From the NCBI GenBank assembly GCA_036274895.1, contig DASUEU010000027.1, positions 136,883-200,882 of the forward strand: DNA of 64,000 nucleotides, read 5' to 3'. Positions 1 to 9,186 of the stretch are shown one piece after another. A model generated the notes under the pieces. It saw only the letters and a program-made list of their open reading frames with translations, had not been told where the DNA came from and ran no database searches. Positions within the stretch are counted from its first letter, which is position 1, and the number at the start of each line of letters is the position of its first letter. Position numbers and translations under genes: made by a program. The DNA comes from Thermoanaerobaculia bacterium (lineage in GTDB: Bacteria; Acidobacteriota; Thermoanaerobaculia; Multivoradales; SZUA-115).

Positions 1-913
1 AGACCAGCGAGATCAGCACCACCACCGGCGCCAAGCCGAGGCGGCGGCCCATCAGGTTGGGCTCGATGATGTTGCCGATCACCACGTTGACCAGCAGGAA
101 GCCGGCGATGGTGGCGAGCGCCCGGGCCGGGCCGAGCTGGAGGAAGGCGAGCAGGGTCGGCGGCACCGCGGCGGCGACCTGGCCGACGTTGGGGATGTAG
201 TTCAAGAGGAAGGTGAGCAGGCCCCAGAGGATCGGCAGGTCCACGCCCACGATCCACAGCCAGATCCCCACCGCCGCCCCGGTCGCCAGGCTGATGGCGG
301 TCTTGACCAGCAGGTACTGCTGGACGTCCCGGGTGATGCGCCCGAAGCGCTCCACCACGCCGTTGCTCTCGCCCAGGGCGTGGGCCAGCTTGTCGCGGAA
401 GACCAGGCTCTCGACGAAGGTGAAGACCGTGATCAGCAGCACCAGCAGGAGGAACCACACCAGCGCGGTCAACCGCGACAGGGCCCCGGAAGCCAGCGAG
501 AACAGCCGCTCGACGTCGAGGTAGCCGGCGATGTTGGTGTCCGCCGCGTCGAGGCCGAAGCGGGTGAGCCAGGGCTCGAGCTGGTGGTTCCAGGTATCGA
601 TGCGCGCCTGGTACTGGGGCGCCAGCTCCGAGACCTGGGAGACCGACACCACCACCACGAAGCCGAGCCCGAAGACCACCGCCGCGAGCAGGCCCAGGGT
701 GAGCAGCATGGCGAGCCAGGTGGGCAGGCCTCGGCGGCGCAGCCAGGCCAAGAGAGGCAGGGCCAGGATCACCAGGAAGAGGGCGAAGGTGAGCGGCACG
801 AACACCGGTGCCGCGGCCTTCAAGCCGGCGAGCACAATGGCGATGGACGCCGCGGCCTTCAAGCCGGCGAAGCTGTCACGGGGTGCTGCCTGGGGAGCCT
901 CAGGGGCGGTCAC
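1..913 (-). CDS. AI-2E family transporter (PerM/YhhT-like), C-terminus runs off the left edge. The start is uncertain, possibly GTG at 913 or an internal start.
   Basis: The reverse-complement translation gives multiple TM helices and the family motif ...VVIGNIIEPNLMGRRLGLAPVVVLISL.... GC3 is high. It is the last gene of the minus-strand LytTR operon. Confidence 0.65.
   Translation of the reverse strand, partial: MTAPEAPQAAPRDSFAGLKAAASIAIVLAGLKAAAPVFVPLTFALFLVILALPLLAWLRRRGLPTWLAMLLTLGLLAAVVFGLGFVVVVSVSQVSELAPQYQARIDTWNHQLEPWLTRFGLDAADTNIAGYLDVERLFSLASGALSRLTALVWFLLLVLLITVFTFVESLVFRDKLAHALGESNGVVERFGRITRDVQQYLLVKTAISLATGAAVGIWLWIVGVDLPILWGLLTFLLNYIPNVGQVAAAVPPTLLAFLQLGPARALATIAGFLLVNVVIGNIIEPNLMGRRLGLAPVVVLISLV
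810..887. repeat. 39-bp in-frame tandem duplication (gccgcggccttcaagccggcga...) in the 5' region of the AI-2E transporter gene
   Basis: A 22-bp exact match recurs at 810 and 849, duplicating FAGLKAAA in the protein. Confidence 0.6.
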
Positions 914-1652
914 TGGCGGGGATCATAGCCGAGGCCAGCTCCCGCAGGCGCGCGTAACCCGCCCGGGAGACCGGCAGCTTGGTGCCGTCCTTGAGCAGGG
1001 CCACCCGGCTGTCCTTGGCGTAGAGCTCGAGGCGCACCAGCCGGCCGACGTTGAGCAGGTAAGAGCGATGGATGCGCAGGAAGCGCCGTGGGTCCAGCAG
1101 CTCTTCGAGCTCGGACAGGCTCTGTTGCTTGGCGTGCGTGGCGGTGCCCACCCGGAAGGCGGCGTAGTCCCCGCGCGCCTCGACGTAGTCCACCGCCGCC
1201 GCCGGCACCACCAGGACCCGGGCGCCGTCACGGAAGAGCAGGCGCTCGAGGGGACGGCGGAGCCGGCGAGCGGCGGCGGCGAGCGGAGCGCCGGCCGGTC
1301 GCGCCCGGTCAAGCGCGCGGTCGATGGCCCGCGCCAGCCGCGCCTCGTCGAAGGGCTTGAGGAGATAGTCCACCGCACCGACCTCGAACGCCTTGAGCGC
1401 GTGCTCGTCGTAGGCCGTGGCGAAGACGATGGCCGGCTCCCGCTCGAGCATCTCCACCACCTCGAAGCCGTCGAGGCCCGGCATCTGGACGTCGAGCAGC
1501 ACCAAGTCGGGGTCGAGCCGGGTGATCGCCTCGAGCGCCGCGAAGCCGTCCGCTGCCTCGCCCACCACTTCGCAGCCGGCCATGCCGGCCAGGTACTCGC
1601 GCACCAGGGCACGGGCCGGGGCCTCGTCGTCAACCAGCAGGATCCGCATCGG
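900..1652 (-). CDS. LytTR-family response regulator (REC + LytTR DNA-binding domain)
   Basis: MRILLVDDE...LLDVQMPGLDGFEVV receiver domain, then a C-terminal LytTR-like domain (FLRIHRSYLLNVGRLVRLE). The HK upstream overlaps it by ~23 bp. Confidence 0.85.
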   Translation of the reverse strand, partial: PMRILLVDDEAPARALVREYLAGMAGCEVVGEAADGFAALEAITRLDPDLVLLDVQMPGLDGFEVVEMLEREPAIVFATAYDEHALKAFEVGAVDYLLKPFDEARLARAIDRALDRARPAGAPLAAAARRLRRPLERLLFRDGARVLVVPAAAVDYVEARGDYAAFRVGTATHAKQQSLSELEELLDPRRFLRIHRSYLLNVGRLVRLELYAKDSRVALLKDGTKLPVSRAGYARLRELASAMIPASDRP

Positions 1653-2718
1653 CGCCCTCGATCGGCAGGATGATCTCGACCGCGAAGATACCGCCATCCC
1701 CCCGCTTCACGCAGCGGGCGGATCGGCCATAAGCCAGGCGCAGGCGCTCCTCGGCGCCGGCCAGGCCGAAGCCGGTGCGCTTGCCGGTGGCGGGGCGACC
1801 CGGGTCGTAGGGGTTGGTCACCGTCACCTGGAGCTGCGCGCCCTTGCGCTCGGCCTTGAGCTCAATGGTGCCCCCCTCGGTGAGGCTGGCCACGCCGTGG
1901 CGCACGGCGTTCTCCACCAGCGGCTGGAGCAGGAGGGCGGGCACGCTCACCCCCTGGGCTTCGAGGGCCATCACCACCTCGAAGCCCAGCCTCTCGCCGA
2001 AGCGGAACCGTTCCAGAGCGACGTAGGAATGAGCCAGCTCGATCTCCCGCTCGAGCGGGACTCGCTTCTCCCGGCCGATCTCGAGGCTCGCGCGCAGGAA
2101 GTCGGCGAGGGCGATCGACATCGCCCGGGCTGCCTTGGGATCGCTGCCGCAGAGAGAGGCCAGGGAGTTCAGGGTGTTGAACAGGAAGTGGGGATTGACC
2201 TGGGCGCGCAAGGCGGCGAGCTCCGCCTCGCGCGCCGCCACTGTGAGCTTCAGCTCGCGGCGCCGGGCCAGCTCCCGCTCCTCGAGAGCGAGGAGCACGT
2301 AGTGCAGAGCCGCCGCCAACAGGTAGAAGAGAACACCCAGGGCGAGCAACGCCGGTCGTCGTGCCGTGAAAAGTCGGGCGAGCTCGTCCGGCCCGAGAGC
2401 CGTCTGTGCCCGGACGGCGAGCTGCCCCACCAGGACCCAGAGGGAGGAGGAGAAGAGTGCCGCCAGGGCATGGGTGAGCACCAGCCGCAGGGCCCCCGCC
2501 CCCACCAATGGCGTGGCTCGGCAGGGGTAGTAGGCGGCCAGCCCGATGAAGGCGAAGAGCAGGGCGAGCAGGGCGGCGAGCCCGGCGGCCTGGAGCTGCC
2601 GCCCTTCGCCCGGTGCCAGCAAGAGGTAGACGATGCCGCCGCCCAGGACGAGCCAGGCTCCGAAGTAGCCCAGAGCCCGATCGAGACCCCGGGGGCGGCG
2701 CAGGAGACGGGGCAGCAT
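1630..2718 (-). CDS. Sensor histidine kinase, LytS/YehU-type (His_kinase pfam06580 + HATPase_c), 4 TM
   Basis: N-terminal TM helices; NPHFLFNTLNSLASL H-box; C-terminal ATPase G-box (GFGLAG). Confidence 0.85.
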   Translation of the reverse strand: MLPRLLRRPRGLDRALGYFGAWLVLGGGIVYLLLAPGEGRQLQAAGLAALLALLFAFIGLAAYYPCRATPLVGAGALRLVLTHALAALFSSSLWVLVGQLAVRAQTALGPDELARLFTARRPALLALGVLFYLLAAALHYVLLALEERELARRRELKLTVAAREAELAALRAQVNPHFLFNTLNSLASLCGSDPKAARAMSIALADFLRASLEIGREKRVPLEREIELAHSYVALERFRFGERLGFEVVMALEAQGVSVPALLLQPLVENAVRHGVASLTEGGTIELKAERKGAQLQVTVTNPYDPGRPATGKRTGFGLAGAEERLRLAYGRSARCVKRGDGGIFAVEIILPIEGADADPAG

Positions 2719-2727
2719 GGCAGGCCG

Positions 2728-3441
2728 CTAGTCCTCGTCGTCCTTCTCGATCTCGTGAGAGATCCCCACCCCGCCCATGATCACCGTGCCGCGGACCAGC
2801 AGCTCCTCGCCGGTGTCCACGGCCGGTGGCTCGGTCTTGTCCTCGACACCGCCCAAGAGGGGCAGCACCTCGCTCCTCACCCTCCAACCCCGCGGCACAG
2901 CGATGTGGACGCCCCCCATCACGGCGAAGACGTCCACCACCGCCTGGCCACTGCCGATCGCGGCGCCCCGCAGGTCGAGCTCGCAGCCGCCCATCACCGC
3001 GGTGAGCGAGGCCTGCCGGAAAGCCTGACTGCGGTTGGTCAAGGTACTGCCGCCCATCACGGCCGTGCCGTTCGTGACTTGCGAGTCCTCGAGCCGCTCT
3101 TCCCCGGCGAACCCGCCCCGCAAGGCGCGGAAGATCAGGAGGCCGCCCACGGCCACCAGGGCCAGGGGCCAGAGCTGGCCGGCGGAGACCGGCAGGTAGT
3201 TGAAGTTCGCGGCCAGAAAAACGAAGCCGAGGAGGACGAGCACCACGGGGCCCCCATACCGGCTCCGGCGCTCGGTCAGCATGGCCAGGCCCACGATCAC
3301 CAGGATCAACGGCCAGAAGCGACCGAGGTTGTCGATCTCGACGACGTCGAGGTTGTCGAGCAGGAACAACAAGCCAATGGTCATCACGATCAGCCCGGCC
3401 GCCATCCGGCCGAACGAGACCTGGAGCTTGGACTCTCTCAT
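2728..3441 (-). CDS. LiaF-like membrane protein (DUF2154 / toast-rack C-terminal domain)
   Basis: Two N-terminal TM helices plus a C-terminal region with repeated VMGG...I motifs typical of the LiaF/YvqF C-terminal domain. Confidence 0.7.
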   Translation of the reverse strand: MRESKLQVSFGRMAAGLIVMTIGLLFLLDNLDVVEIDNLGRFWPLILVIVGLAMLTERRSRYGGPVVLVLLGFVFLAANFNYLPVSAGQLWPLALVAVGGLLIFRALRGGFAGEERLEDSQVTNGTAVMGGSTLTNRSQAFRQASLTAVMGGCELDLRGAAIGSGQAVVDVFAVMGGVHIAVPRGWRVRSEVLPLLGGVEDKTEPPAVDTGEELLVRGTVIMGGVGISHEIEKDDED

Positions 3442-4001
3442 CGCGACACCTCTCTTTCGGTCTCGGCCTTGGTGCGGCGGGTCGGCAGGACGCCAGTTCC
3501 CCGCAGCAGCAGGAGCAGGCCGATCAGGATCAACAGCACGGGCCAGGAATTACCCCAGTGGAGACCGCCCCAGCCCCAGACGCTGACCAGCAGCCAGGTG
3601 CCGATGGCGAGGGGCCAGAGGCCGTCCGCCCAGGTCTCCTTGGGCTTGGGCAAGGCGATGCCGATGACGCCCGCGAGGATGATCAGCAAGGGCCAGGAGT
3701 TGCCGAAGTGCAGCCCGCCGGTGTGGAAGACGCTGGCCAGGGCCCAGGCCCCGACGCCGATCAGCCAGACTGCCGAGCGCACTTGCCCGCGCCGCTCGGC
3801 CCGGAACAGGCCGAAGGCGCCGACGCCGATCAGGATCAAGGGCCAGAGCTTCACCAGCTCGCCGAAATGCACCCACTCGAGCTGCTCAGCCAGAAACGCG
3901 AAGCCGATGGCAACCAGCACCAACCCGAAAGCCAGGGTCTCGTAGCGGATGCCCCGCTTGGGAACCGGAGGGGGTAGCGGTTGGGGACCTTCCAGGTTCA
4001 T
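3438..4001 (-). CDS. Membrane protein with three tandem DUF5668 (LiaF/LiaI-type TM) repeats
   Basis: Three repeats of the (H)FG(N)LWPLILIGVG...R motif. I chose the start at MNLEG because an AGGAGG sits 8 nt upstream; the six-frame ORF begins 25 codons earlier. Confidence 0.65.
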   Translation of the reverse strand: MNLEGPQPLPPPVPKRGIRYETLAFGLVLVAIGFAFLAEQLEWVHFGELVKLWPLILIGVGAFGLFRAERRGQVRSAVWLIGVGAWALASVFHTGGLHFGNSWPLLIILAGVIGIALPKPKETWADGLWPLAIGTWLLVSVWGWGGLHWGNSWPVLLILIGLLLLLRGTGVLPTRRTKAETEREVSR

Positions 4002-4214
4002 CTTCAACCTCCTTTGCCCGCAAAGGGCGGGCGCTTCGAGGTCAGGGTACGCGGGCCTCAAGCGGGCGTTTCCCAACCACCGCCCAATGGCGGTAAAGCG
4101 TCGCCGAACGGCGCTCGGTGCCAGCTGTCACGGTGCCGCGGGGCGACTTCCGTATAATGGCCGAAAGCTGATGCTTCCCATCGATCACGGGTTCTGAGCA
4201 GAGCCGCTCTGGAA

Positions 4215-6728
4215 TTGCGCCGGATGCAGCGGGCACCGATCCAGGAGCTGTCGCCCCCGAAAGAGGCCGAGCCTCTCTCGAAGGCCGTTTCTCACCGTGA
4301 CGGCGAGCCCCTGTTCCGTGCCCTCGCCGAGTCGACCACGGTGGCGATCCTGGTTTTCCGGCAGCGCATCCTCTATGTCAACCCGGCGGCCGAGCAGCTC
4401 ACCGGCTACCGCGCCGACGAGCTGGCGGGAATGAGCTCGCTCGAGCTGATCCACCCGGACTTCCGCGAGGAGCTCGGCGCCCGGCTCGAGGCCCGGCTGG
4501 CCGGTGGCCCGGTGCCCTCCCGCTACGAGGCGATGATCCTCACCAAGAGCGGCGAGGAGCGCTGGGTCGACTACGCCGGCACGCGCATCCTGCTCGATGG
4601 GGAGCCGGCGGTACTCGCCTCGGCGGTCGACATCACCGACCGCAAGGAAGCCGAGCTCGCCCTCTACGAGAGCCGGGAGCGGCTGCGCATGGCACACCGG
4701 GGGGCCAAGCTCCTGACCTGGGACTGGAACCTGCTGGCCGACGAGATCGTGGTCTCCGAGGACGCCGGCCTGGTGTTGGGCTTTCCCCTGCCCGCGGGCT
4801 CGCTCAAGAGCCGCTATCTCTTCGAGCGTATGGTCCACCCCGAGGATCGAGATCGGCTGCTCGCGGCGGTGCGCGCGGCGATCCTCGGCGACGGCGACTA
4901 CTCGGTCGAGCACCGCATCGTCACGACGGGAGGCGAGGTGCGCTGGATCGCCGAACGCGGCCAGGCGATCCGCGACGAGACCGGCTGGGTGGTGCGCATG
5001 TTGGGCGTCTCGCAGGACATCACCGACCGCGTGCGTACCGAGCAAGCCCTGCGCCGCGAGCAGGAATGGGCCGAGACCACCCTCGCCTCGATCGATGACG
5101 GAGTGATCCGCACCGGGCCCCTGGGCTCGATCGAGTACATGAACCGGGTGGCGGAGCGGCTGACGGGGTTCTCGGCCACCGACGCCATCGGCCTCTCCCT
5201 GGACCACATCTACCGCGTCGTGGAGGAGAGCTCGCGGGTGCCCTTGCCCCACCCGGTGGGCCGCTGCCTGAAAGAGAAGCGGCCGGTGATGCTGCCGGGA
5301 CAGCGCATGCTGGTGGCCCGGGACGGCTCCGAGCACGCGGTGCGCGACTCGGCGTCGCCGATTCTGGGCGGAGGCGGTGAGCTGCTGGGCGCCGTGCTCG
5401 CCTTCAAGGACGTGACCGCCGTGCGTGACATCGAGCGCGAGCGCCTCGAGCTGGCCACCCACGACCTGCTGACCGGTCTGCCCAACCGCTCCTTCTTCGA
5501 GCGGCGGCTGGCGCGGGCCCTCGAACGCATGGCGGCCTCCGCCGGCTGCCTGGTGGTGCTCCAGCTCGACCTCGCCCAGCTCAAGGTGGTCAACGACACC
5601 TGCGGCCACCTGGCGGGTGATGAGCTGATCCGCCAGGCGAGCCGCCACCTCGTCGACTGGGACGCGGACCGCTACTCCCTGGCCCGGCTGGGCGCCGAGG
5701 AGTTCGGCTTGATTGCCGAAGCCACCTCCGCGAGCGACGCCCGCGGCGTGGCGGAGAGCCTTCGGAGTGCCCTCAAGGGCTTCCGTTTCGAGTGGCAGGA
5801 CCGGGTTTACGAGGCCCACGCCAACATCGGCTTCGTCACCGCCCGCCCGGGGGACACCCCGACCAGCCTGATGATCGCCGCCGACATCGCCTGCATGGTG
5901 GCCAAGGAGAGCGGGCGTGACCGCATCCACGAGTACCTCGCCGACGATGACGCCCTGGCCCAGCGCTACCGCCAGATGGACTGGATCCACCGCATCCACA
6001 AGGCCCTCGACAACGGCGGCTTCTGCCTCTACTGCCAGCCCATCCAGCCCCTCGACCCGGCGGCCGCCGAGGGTGGCCTGCTGGGCGAGGTGCTGATCCG
6101 AATGGTCAACGAGGAAGGGGAGCTGGTGCTGCCCCGCACCTTCGTGCCCGCGGCCGAGCGCTACCGGGTGATCTCGAAGATCGACCGCTGGGTAGTGAGC
6201 CGCAGCTTCGATTTGCTGGCGCGCGGGGCCTCGATCGGCGGCCGGCGGCTGGATCGGCTGGCGATGAACCTCTCCGGCGAGACCCTGGCTGACGAGACCT
6301 TCCTCGACTTCGTGATCGAGCACCTGGAGGCGACCGGCGTCGACCCTCACCGCCTGCTCTTCGAGATCACCGAGACGGCGGCGGTGGCCAACCTGGACGG
6401 CGCCCTGCGCTTCATCTCTGAGCTCAAGGCTCGCGGCGTCGCCTTCGTCCTCGACGACTTCGGCAGCGGCCTGTCCTCCTTCGCCTACCTCAAGAACCTG
6501 CCGGTGGACTACCTGAAGATCTCCGGCGACTTCCTCTCCGGCATCGAGACCGAGCCGATCAACCGCACCCTGGTGCGCTCGATCAACCAGGTCGGCCACG
6601 AGCTGGGCCTGCAGGTCATCGGCGAGGGGGTAGAGAGCGAGGAGATCCTCTCCGCCGTCCTCGACATCCGCCTCGACTACGTCCAGGGCTACTGGATCGC
6701 CCCACCCCAGCCCTTCGACGAGATCTAG
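4215..6728 (+). CDS. PAS/PAC sensor-containing GGDEF-EAL protein (c-di-GMP phosphodiesterase; GGDEF degenerate)
   Basis: Several PAS/PAC S-box segments; the GGDEF site reads GAEEF, which is degenerate; EAL domain with EVLIR, DDFGSG and EITE motifs. Confidence 0.85.
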   Translation: MRRMQRAPIQELSPPKEAEPLSKAVSHRDGEPLFRALAESTTVAILVFRQRILYVNPAAEQLTGYRADELAGMSSLELIHPDFREELGARLEARLAGGPVPSRYEAMILTKSGEERWVDYAGTRILLDGEPAVLASAVDITDRKEAELALYESRERLRMAHRGAKLLTWDWNLLADEIVVSEDAGLVLGFPLPAGSLKSRYLFERMVHPEDRDRLLAAVRAAILGDGDYSVEHRIVTTGGEVRWIAERGQAIRDETGWVVRMLGVSQDITDRVRTEQALRREQEWAETTLASIDDGVIRTGPLGSIEYMNRVAERLTGFSATDAIGLSLDHIYRVVEESSRVPLPHPVGRCLKEKRPVMLPGQRMLVARDGSEHAVRDSASPILGGGGELLGAVLAFKDVTAVRDIERERLELATHDLLTGLPNRSFFERRLARALERMAASAGCLVVLQLDLAQLKVVNDTCGHLAGDELIRQASRHLVDWDADRYSLARLGAEEFGLIAEATSASDARGVAESLRSALKGFRFEWQDRVYEAHANIGFVTARPGDTPTSLMIAADIACMVAKESGRDRIHEYLADDDALAQRYRQMDWIHRIHKALDNGGFCLYCQPIQPLDPAAAEGGLLGEVLIRMVNEEGELVLPRTFVPAAERYRVISKIDRWVVSRSFDLLARGASIGGRRLDRLAMNLSGETLADETFLDFVIEHLEATGVDPHRLLFEITETAAVANLDGALRFISELKARGVAFVLDDFGSGLSSFAYLKNLPVDYLKISGDFLSGIETEPINRTLVRSINQVGHELGLQVIGEGVESEEILSAVLDIRLDYVQGYWIAPPQPFDEI

Positions 6729-9007
6729 CCCAGGCTCCGCACCTCGGCCCGGGCCAGGCGGGTGACCAGGAGCACGCCGTGGCGCTCGGCCTCGGCGGCG
6801 AGGGCCGCCAGCTCCGAGCGCGTCGCTTCGCGCCCGTCGCCGGCTCCGCGCGCCCGGGCCAGGGCGAGGCGAGCCTCGAGCTCCAGGGGCAGGCCTGCCC
6901 CTCGGCTCCGGGCCAGCGCCTGCCGCAGCACCTCCGCGGCTTCCTCGCCGGCGGCCAGCTCGGCCGCGACCAGGGCGCCGTAAAGAACCACCGTCGGGTC
7001 TTGACTCGCCTCGAGGTGGGGGCGCCAGCGGGCCAGCATCCCCCGGGCCTCGTCCCGCCGGCCGGTTCGGAAGGCGGCCAACGCTTCCACCGCCCGCGCT
7101 TCGGCGGCGAAGTCCCGTGCCGCCGCCGCCTCGAAGGCTTCAGCGGCACGCTGCGCCCACTCTCGTGCCTCCTCGGGCCGGCCGCGGTCGAGCAGCAGCT
7201 TCGCCGAGGCCAGCTCACTGCGCGCCACACCTCCCCAGTCTTCCAGCTCTCGGCGCAGGGCCAGGGCCCGCAGGTGCTCGCGCCAGGCCAGCTCGCCCCG
7301 GCCTTGGTAGCGGTGCACCTCCCCTTGACGGTGCAGCTCCTCGGCTTCCTTGTCCCTGGCGCCAAGCTCCCGGTAGAGGGCGAGCGCCCGTTCGTGCTGC
7401 TCGCCGGCCTCCGCCAGCTCGCCCTGCGCCGCCAGGACGATGCCGAGGTTGCTCATCACCCCGGCGGCGGCGGAGCGGTCCCCGCTCTCGGCGAAGCCCG
7501 TGGCGGCGGCCCGCAGGTACTGCTCGGCCCCGGCCAAGTCGCCCCCCACCTTCCTCAGGAACGCCAGGCTGGAGAGGGTACGCAGCTCGTCGTCGCGGCG
7601 GCCGGTCCGGCGGGCCAGCAGGAGCGCCGCCTCGAAGTGCGCCTGGGCGGCGGGGAAATCCCCTTGCCGGCGGAGTACGCTGCCCAGCCGCCGCTCGGCG
7701 GTGACCAGGACCGGCAGGGCCTCGATCTCGCGCGCCAGCAACAGGGTCCCCTCGAGCAACTCGCGCGCGGCGGGCAGCTCACCCCGCTCGGCCAGGGACT
7801 GGGCCAGGTCGCTCTGCGCGCTGGCCTCGCCGTGGCGGTCCCCCAGGGCGCGGTAGGTCGCCAGGGCCTCGGCCAGCAGGGCCTCCGCGCGGGGCCGTTC
7901 GCCCGTCTCGGCGAGCCGGGCGGCCCGGGTCTGGAGCGCCCGGGTGGGGCCGAGCAGGTCCCCGGCAGGGCTCGCCGAGCGGGGAGCCGCGATCCAGCTC
8001 GCGCTGCTCAGGGTGAAGAGGGCGACAGCGGCGCTCCAGAAGGGCCAGCGACGCCACGCTCGGCGGCGCCCGCGCGGGGCCGCCGGCTTCGCGTCCGGGC
8101 TCGGCGCCCCGCCGAGCGCCGCCGCGACCTCGGCGGCGGAGCCGAACCGACCCTCTGGCTCGCGCTCGAGGCAGCGCAGGATCACGGCCTGCCAGCGCGG
8201 GTCGAGATCGGGCCGCAGCAGGCGCGGGCTCGGTGGCGGCCCCTCGAGACGCCGGAAGGCGGCGGCCACGGCCGTCGCTCCGGTGAACGGCAAGGCGCCG
8301 GTGACCATCTCGAAAAGCACCACCCCGAGGGCGTAGAGATCCGCGGCCGGACCGAGGGGTCTGCCCTCGATCTGCTCCGGTGCCATGTAGGCCGGAGAAC
8401 CGAGCAGGTCGCCGCTCGCGGTCAGCTGCGGGTCTTCTTCGGCGGTCAGGGAGCGGGCTAGGCCGAAGTCCGTCACCACGGCGCGCAGGCCGTCCGGCCC
8501 CTCGACCAGCACAACGTTGCTGCTCTTGAGGTCGCGGTGGACCACGCCGGCCCGATGCCCGGCGGCCAGGGCCGCCGCCACTTGCCGCGCGATTTCGAGG
8601 GCCTGCTCGATCGGCAGGGGCCCCCTGCGTTCGAGCCGCTCGGCCAGGGTCTCGCCGGCGAGCAGCTCCATGCTGACCACGGCGAGGGGCGCATCGCCAG
8701 CGCGCCGCCGGTTGGGAGGCTGGTGGAAGAAGAGGTCGTAGAGCCGGCAGACGTTCGGGTGGGTGATCTGGTGGGCCAGCCCCACCTCGCGCTTGAAGCG
8801 CTCCCGCACGGCCGGCGCCCCCGCCATCTCGGGGCGCAAGGCCTTCAAGGCCACGCGCCGGCCGAGCTCGGCGTCGTCGGCCTCCCAGACCTCCCCGACC
8901 GCTCCCTCGCCCAGCAGGCGCAGCACCCGAAACCGGTTGGCCACCCACTCGCCCGAGGAGAGGCTGGTGAGGTGCCCCCCACCGCCACCGGACAGATCGT
9001 GAAGCAT
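6725..9007 (-). CDS. Ser/Thr protein kinase with a TM segment and C-terminal TPR repeats
   Basis: GEGAVGEVW...ALK, HRDLKSSNVVL, DFGLAR and APE motifs, followed by a long Ala/Leu-rich TPR region. Confidence 0.85.
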   Translation of the reverse strand: MLHDLSGGGGGHLTSLSSGEWVANRFRVLRLLGEGAVGEVWEADDAELGRRVALKALRPEMAGAPAVRERFKREVGLAHQITHPNVCRLYDLFFHQPPNRRRAGDAPLAVVSMELLAGETLAERLERRGPLPIEQALEIARQVAAALAAGHRAGVVHRDLKSSNVVLVEGPDGLRAVVTDFGLARSLTAEEDPQLTASGDLLGSPAYMAPEQIEGRPLGPAADLYALGVVLFEMVTGALPFTGATAVAAAFRRLEGPPPSPRLLRPDLDPRWQAVILRCLEREPEGRFGSAAEVAAALGGAPSPDAKPAAPRGRRRAWRRWPFWSAAVALFTLSSASWIAAPRSASPAGDLLGPTRALQTRAARLAETGERPRAEALLAEALATYRALGDRHGEASAQSDLAQSLAERGELPAARELLEGTLLLAREIEALPVLVTAERRLGSVLRRQGDFPAAQAHFEAALLLARRTGRRDDELRTLSSLAFLRKVGGDLAGAEQYLRAAATGFAESGDRSAAAGVMSNLGIVLAAQGELAEAGEQHERALALYRELGARDKEAEELHRQGEVHRYQGRGELAWREHLRALALRRELEDWGGVARSELASAKLLLDRGRPEEAREWAQRAAEAFEAAAARDFAAEARAVEALAAFRTGRRDEARGMLARWRPHLEASQDPTVVLYGALVAAELAAGEEAAEVLRQALARSRGAGLPLELEARLALARARGAGDGREATRSELAALAAEAERHGVLLVTRLARAEVRSLG

Positions 9008-9186
9008 GATCGTCGACCCCCTGGAGAAGGAAGACGAGCCTGCAGGCCACCGGCCCTCACCCTGGAGCCCGCGAGGGATCGAAATCCCACGCTACGGAGC
9101 CACCTCCCTGGCGGGCCTGAGCGAACGGAACTCGACGAGGCCATGCTGCGTAAGATGGTCGAGCTACCTCGAAAGGAGCCGATGCC

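Noticed and set aside
213-1673. Three plus-strand ORFs (103, 182 and 380 aa) opposite the AI-2E transporter/response-regulator genes
   Set aside because: They are antisense to clearly recognisable minus-strand genes, low-complexity, rich in Arg/Pro/Gly, and typical of high-GC artefacts.
1417-3945. 842-aa plus-strand ORF spanning HK, LiaF-like and DUF5668 genes
   Set aside because: It is antisense to three well-supported genes and has no domain signatures; it is a GC-driven open frame.
4185-6599. 804-aa minus-strand ORF antisense to the PAS-GGDEF-EAL gene
   Set aside because: The sense strand carries unambiguous PAS/GGDEF/EAL motifs; the antisense translation is low-complexity.
6779-8461. 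560-aa plus-strand ORF antisense to the Ser/Thr kinase-TPR gene
   Set aside because: Same reasoning: the kinase motifs are on the minus strand.
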